Of a DNA stretch of 64,000 nt, positions 58,473 to 64,000 are shown piece after piece. The stretch is from assembly GCF_902652985.1 (NCBI RefSeq), contig NC_047019.1, positions 3,100,001 to 3,164,000 on the forward strand, read 5' to 3'. The notes under the pieces are model-generated. The model made no database searches. It was not told the origin of the DNA and saw only the letters and a list, made by a program, of their open reading frames with translations. Position 1 is the stretch's first letter. Every line of letters begins with the position of its first letter. A program made the position numbers and the translations under genes. This DNA is from Pecten maximus (Eukaryota).

Positions 58473-59043
58473 ATATCACAAAATAGCTTCCTTAACTAAG
58501 GAAACTAAATCTAAGCTATACAGTATTTTTATAGTTAATTTGTGTATCTGCCAGCTTGGTTCTATTATCTACCTAGAGTATACACGAGGTTGATCATATA
58601 CAATGAAGAGGCTCTCACGGTCTGTGATTTTATGTATGCCAGGCGAGATTAGACATTTACAGTACATGTAGAAATTGTGAATTATGCCTGTTTGAGAAAC
58701 TATGAGTCAGAAGATCTAAGGGTTATACAAAACCACACAAGATATTAGCACATTTCAAAACAAATTGAAAGTTAGATAGACTAGAGGCAAAATCAATTAA
58801 ACAGCATCATACAGCTGTTTCGACCTTCTAGTGATACTAAGTCAGTAAAAAACTTTAAACTTTAGTATCGATAAACAGCAGAAAAAAAGAGAGAAAAAAA
58901 GGGCAAAAAAAATAAAATAAATAAGAACCAACCCCCCCCCCCCCCCAAAAAAATAAAACAAAACAAAAATAACAACATATACACATAAAAACTTCAAATA
59001 CATTTTTTTTTTAAATTTAAAGTTCGAACATGATTAAAATTGG

Positions 59044-59262
59044 GGGGTTGGGTAACAGCGGTAATTCACTTGCCTTTCACCTAGGCGGGCGAGGTTCGAT
59101 TCCTCGATCGGATGTGAAAAGGTCAATTGTCTGACTACGTGGGTTTTCCCGGGTACTCCACAGCAGGACGTGATCTCGTGCGCTTCCATCCCGACAAACA
59201 CGAGTGGTTAATACATATTTATATATATAGGTTGACATATCTTGTTTAGATATCAGACAATT
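59044..59262 (+). mobile_element. SINE family B
   Basis: GGTTCGATTCCTCGATCGGATGTGAAAAGG...GTGGGTTTTCCCGGGTACTCC; matches 55098-55333. Confidence 0.8.
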
Positions 59263-60514
59263 ATTTATATATATACATTTGTATATAAAAAAAAACAAAA
59301 AAAAAACGAATTCTTGATATAGCGGGAGGGCTATGGGCCTTAACTGTCACAAAGAAAACCTAGCTGAGTTTTGAAATATTTCAGTCTATTTGACCCTTTT
59401 TGCCCCCGCCCATCAGCCCCCGAGGGTTAGTCAGGCCAGCTGTATATACCATCAAACTGTCACCCCAACCTGCTGATTCAAACCAATTTCATTAGAAATT
59501 CAACAAATGATAGTCAAAAATGTGATTTACCTATATAAACTATACAAAGTTTATCCCCTCCTAAGGGACAGATGCGAAACCCCAGGGTCATGAAATTCCA
59601 TCTATGAAGAGTATTCGTTTCTATCTTATTTTGGTCTTGAAGAAGCTTTTTTTTTCAAAGGTGCTGTTGCAGAACCGCCCACAGCGATTTCTTGAAACCG
59701 ACTATATTTTCCAGTAAAGCTATGACAAATACATATGGAACAAGATGTTATTTTCCACTTGACCCATAAGCGCGCCCATAGCGCCATCTACTTCACTTTT
59801 TCGTTTACAAGCATACCTGTGTTTTTCACAGACCCATAAGTGGTATTTCTGTTTGTCACTGAGAGGTTTTCTCACGACTAGGTATTGTACATACATTGTA
59901 GTTTAAAATGATAAACAGTTGGCCATGAAAAAACAAACGAGTTTAGTACAAGATGACGTAGAAAACCAAAATTCGAAAATTTTCATCAAATTCAAAATAC
60001 CATTTTAAAAATCAAGCGGCAAATTCGGCACGATAATAGTACTATCGATGTTAGTGTTTTAAAAACATATTTGACTACCCTTCTGTATACCAGCAAAAGA
60101 AAGTCGTGCCGAATCACTGGATAAGGGCAGTAATTCAATGTTGAAAAATGTATGTGGAAAAAAAGCACGGGCGATACAAGTGGTCCTTGTCGTACACAAT
60201 AATACAAAGTATTGATTTATTATGAAAATGATTTGATACAATGTCCATGGCAATGTATTATGTTCAACTATGTTTAACATACGTACTTATAGTAGTTCCG
60301 TATTACGTATGATTCATCATTTTTCTCACTTGACCATCTTCGTCTTCAGTACTTCTTCAAAGCTTCTCCTCTGTTGGAGTTCCCTTTGCCACTTGGTCTT
60401 TTGACTACTCACCGCGAATGGTGCTCGGCGTGTTGTTATAATTGCTGTTACGTTTTACAATTCTATTTAGTTCAGTTATTCTGTAGTAAAGTTGTCTTTG
60501 TCTCAAATAGGAAA

Positions 60515-61564
60515 ATGGAGGGAGAACTCCTGCGTTGGGTTGGGATGTAAAGTTTAGTTCAAGTACAACCAGGTTGGCGATGGTAAAAATACGCGAAAAA
60601 TTCAGGACTGGATGAAAGATGTTCTCCTTTCTGAAGGTGTCATACTTTCTGAATCAACAGAAGCAAAGATGTGTCCAAAATGCTTTCTCAGATACCTCAA
60701 GAAACGTCCTGCATCCGAGAATGCCAATGAACCGGAACGGAAAAAAACTTCCGTAGACAATGATCTTGGTAAGGATATCAGTCCTGACATTGAGCCGGTT
60801 TTGACAGGTTTCTCAAACCTGGACAGAGTCAACATGATGGTAAAGAGGCAAACACAGACAGGTGATTCACTAAAACAAGATGGGTGGTTGAAAGTTATCA
60901 CTCTCGTTTCAAGCAATTCAGATTTTTTCAAACTGAACTCACATCAATCTACTTCATCAAAAATCTCGAAAGTCTTCTGAAAAGTGTCACGGCATGTCTG
61001 AATTGGCTACGTGGACCCATATATCAGCCTTCATCAACAAAAGCAGCCGAAGATGAAAAAGTTGCTCTGGAGATGAAGTCACTTCTAAACAAGTCCAACA
61101 TCCTAGCAGAGCGTGTTGAGAAAGAGCCAGACCTATCACGGAGAGCCAAATCCCAATGGCAGAAGCGAGAGGCAGTCCAGCTCGAGTTCCCACGTCTTGA
61201 CCAGGAATATCTAGAAACTCTGGCATGTGGGACGTACCAGGTGAAGTTGGCCCCCGGATACATATCGGAACATTTGACAACAGATGGAGATTATGAAGTC
61301 ATGGCATACCAACACTCTTCTGACCTGATTCGATGTAAAATCCGATCTCGTCATCAATCGCAAACGAAATACAACATATGGATCCAGTACTCAGTTACCG
61401 AACAACCACCAATACAGAATTACTACTGTACGTGTCCAACCGGTCAGAGGACTGTTGGTATGTGTGCTCATATCGCCAGTGTTCTCTTCTACCTTGGGGT
61501 CTATGTCCATAGTCAGTCTCGAAAACCACTTCGACCAACTAAGTTTATGCGACTGATGAAGTAA
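60515..61564 (+). pseudogene. Decayed, apparently internally deleted DNA transposase (Harbinger/IS5-type DDE C-terminal motif plus C-terminal SWIM zinc finger)
   Basis: The frame of ORF 60884-61564 extends upstream as FLKPGQSQHDGKEANTDR*FTKTRWVVESYHSRFKQFRFF (catalytic-Glu motif RWxVE; stop at 60863-60865); it ends with the SWIM motif YYCTCPTGQRTVGMCAHIASVLFYLG. Confidence 0.75.
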
Positions 61565-62559
61565 ATAGCCCGCTAATACATATAATCCAGAATGTAGGGA
61601 AGATACTACATTGAATGTTTCTGATATACACAACGTAGCGTCATTGTCACTCTTCAAAAATGATCGACAGTGTCTAGAATGTAACTGTGAAGGAATATAA
61701 TACTCATATATATATGATATTAAGTTCTAAATACACAAATAATACATGATGAGCTGAATGAGCAAGAACAAAGCACATTAGTTGTACAACAAAGTCATGG
61801 AGATAGGAAAATTGGTAAAGGGACTAACATTATCCTGACAAAAATCTTGAAACAAATAGTTTCCTTGAAGGCGAATTCGTCCAATCGTGTTTCCTATAAT
61901 ATTTCAACGTATTTCTTGTCCGGACGAGATGTCTTCACTAGCATGCAGTGTTTTCAGCACTTTGATCTATATGAAGATTTATGGGGGGTTGACTGATAGA
62001 AGTTGCAAAAACGAGGCATATCCAGTAATTCTGAAGCGCAATTTTTTTTCATGGATTACACAAATGAATGGAGATATTTTCTATCGACAAAATTCGATAG
62101 TACCCGGGGTTTGAATTAGACAAAATGCCGTTTAAACGTGCATTCAACTTTATGAGAGATATCATTTTTTATGTTTGATGTCAAATTTCACAGAAACTAA
62201 CGAAAAGATTCATACAATCGATATCCAATTACGTTGCCCGATATATAAATGTAATTTTAGTACAATTTTCCTTACAAACAAATAACATTTTGACCTTATA
62301 AATACTTGATAAAGTGTGCTTGTGAGTATTTACGACTTTGGTACAAAATGGCCTCGTTCTGGCATGTCCGGAACGGAACAAGGTTTTCATATGTACTAAC
62401 AGATGATCCTAAGTGACGTCAGCGGTCGCGAACAGCCATTCCCGATTTAGGAGGCGGTGCCAGCGGACGTGTTTTCTGAATCACCTGACCGGCGAGGTAA
62501 GGACCAAAGTTTCTAAAAAGCCCGTTATTTAAACAAGTAAACCATTATGGTACATGTAC

Positions 62560-62828
62560 TTGTTTTGCATGTTACGCAACCAGGAGGGTTGCAGACCGAA
62601 AAGGATATTAGTTTTTTGCATGTTACACAACCAAGAGGGTTGCAGACCGAGAAGGGTCTTAGTTTTTTGCATGTTACACAACCATGAGGGTTGTAGACCG
62701 AGAAGGGTTGCAGACCGAGAAGGGTCTTAGTTTTTTGCATGTTACACAACCATGAGGGTTGTAGACCGAGAAGGGTCTTCGTTTTTTGCAAGTTACGCAA
62801 CCAGAAGGGTTGCAGACCGAGAAGGGTT
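62560..62828 (+). repeat. About 52-bp tandem repeat (about 5 copies) upstream of the gag-like frame
   Basis: TTTTGCATGTTACACAACCATGAGGGTTGCAGACCGAGAAGGGTCTTAG repeated. Confidence 0.9.
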
Positions 62829-63289
62829 TTAATTTTGAGTGTGACACCAGAAAGGTGGAGAATATTAGGTGGTTTGATATTACGAGTAAAAAGACAATAT
62901 ATCAGTGAAACGGTTGGATAGGTTTTATGGCAGAAATTATAAACACAATGCGACCTTTGTAATTACTTAAATTATCTGGTCTATAGTCGGGGTGTAGCGA
63001 TATTATTTTACGCTACGGGATCGTAATTTATTTTTTGATACAAGATAAAGGTATATTGTATGATAGACATTGGAGGCGGGGCTTACAGAGTGTGGGCAAA
63101 TGGTCGGTTTGCTCTAGTTCTACTTGCTGCTTGAAAGAGAAACCAATAAATGTCGCCTTTATGGACGATGAGTGTAATTTATATTGTGGATAAACTTTCG
63201 ACACCCTATTAACACAAGGTTGTTGAGATAATTGAGAGGGCGAGGTTGTTTTGATTTGGTCAAGTTGAGTAGATGCATACATTAAATAT

Positions 63290-64000
63290 ATGACAGAATA
63301 ACGACGATGACGAGGACCCACCAAAAAGGTACATAAATCGTCAGAACAATCCCTCGAGAGGAGGATCGAGAGTTTGGAAGAAAAATCGACAAAAGAGAAA
63401 ACGGAAGTCATTGATACACTAAAAGAAAAGGTACGATGTCTGGCACATCATACAAACCCGAATACCGCCCTTCTTTTGTTATCGATGGAGAAACTGGCAA
63501 CCGTATCTAAAAAGTTAAAGCATGATGAAGCTGATGTATTTGAAGAAATGGTGAGACAAGCCCAGCTGAACTCGTCAAAAATTGACTTGTCGAGTTTTTG
63601 TCTTAATGTGCTAGGGGGTAAGGTATCTAGCATTGTTACAAAGGCTTTAACAAAGTGTCTGAAAGGGAGAGCTGAGGAAATTGATAAAACACCTACTCCT
63701 CCCTCTCAAAAACCCGACGGTCAGGCAATGCAATTAGAGTCGCCGTTAATGGGCTTGTACCAGCACCCCGGACAGACATATTATGCGCCGCCACCACAGG
63801 TTCCCTTTTCACATTATCTTCCAAGATTCGGTTATCAACAGTCCAATCAGGGGTCATATCGTCGTAATAGGGGAGGAGGGGGTTATTTTCGAAGTCAAGG
63901 TCCAAGAGGGAATTGCCATTTCTGTAATACTCCTGGCCATTTCTATAGAGATTGCGAGAAAATGAAATCTGCAAGGGGGAAAATGTTTAGCGGTAACATG
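63290..64000 (+). mobile_element. Gag-like ORF1 of a retroelement (DIRS/Ngaro or LTR type), truncated by the window edge
   Basis: Frame open from 63311 to the window end (absent from the ORF track because it has no stop): coiled-coil LERRIESLEEK, a P/Q-rich and RGG-rich linker, and zinc knuckle CHFCNTPGHFYRDC (CX2CX4HX4C). The in-frame ATG at 63290 is followed by stops at 63299 and 63308. Confidence 0.75.

Noticed and set aside
59655-62460. Terminal inverted repeats for the SWIM transposase element
   Set aside because: Candidate matches (TCAAAGGTGCTG versus CAGCACTTTGA at about 61955; GCTGTTGCAGAACCGC versus about 62422-62436) are too short and gapped to support boundaries.

Overview
AT-rich, intron-containing animal genomic DNA. 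The repeat types suggest a bivalve mollusc, but this is inference only. There is one assembly gap at 53661-53835. Four host genes were reconstructed by hand from GT-AG junctions with consistent phases: (1) the last 7 exons of midasin/MDN1 (+, MIDAS/VWA domain); (2) a complete 19-exon PAXBP1/GCFC gene (-, about 829 aa); (3) a 6-exon TMEM50 gene (-) whose exon 4 carries one extra base; (4) a 2-exon carotenoid-cleavage oxygenase (+, about 524 aa) with an unexpected N-terminal signal peptide. The rest is minisatellites, tRNA-derived SINEs, MITEs (TA, TTAA and 8-bp target types), LINE fragments, a Penelope-like remnant with a minimal hammerhead ribozyme, a decayed DDE+SWIM transposase, and a gag-like CCHC frame running off the right edge. 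The most striking recurring pattern is tandem arrays seeded exactly on exon ends: arrays of intact splice donors in MDN1 and PAXBP1, and copies of each gene's terminal codons in its 3' UTR. All homology calls come from remembered motifs, not database searches.
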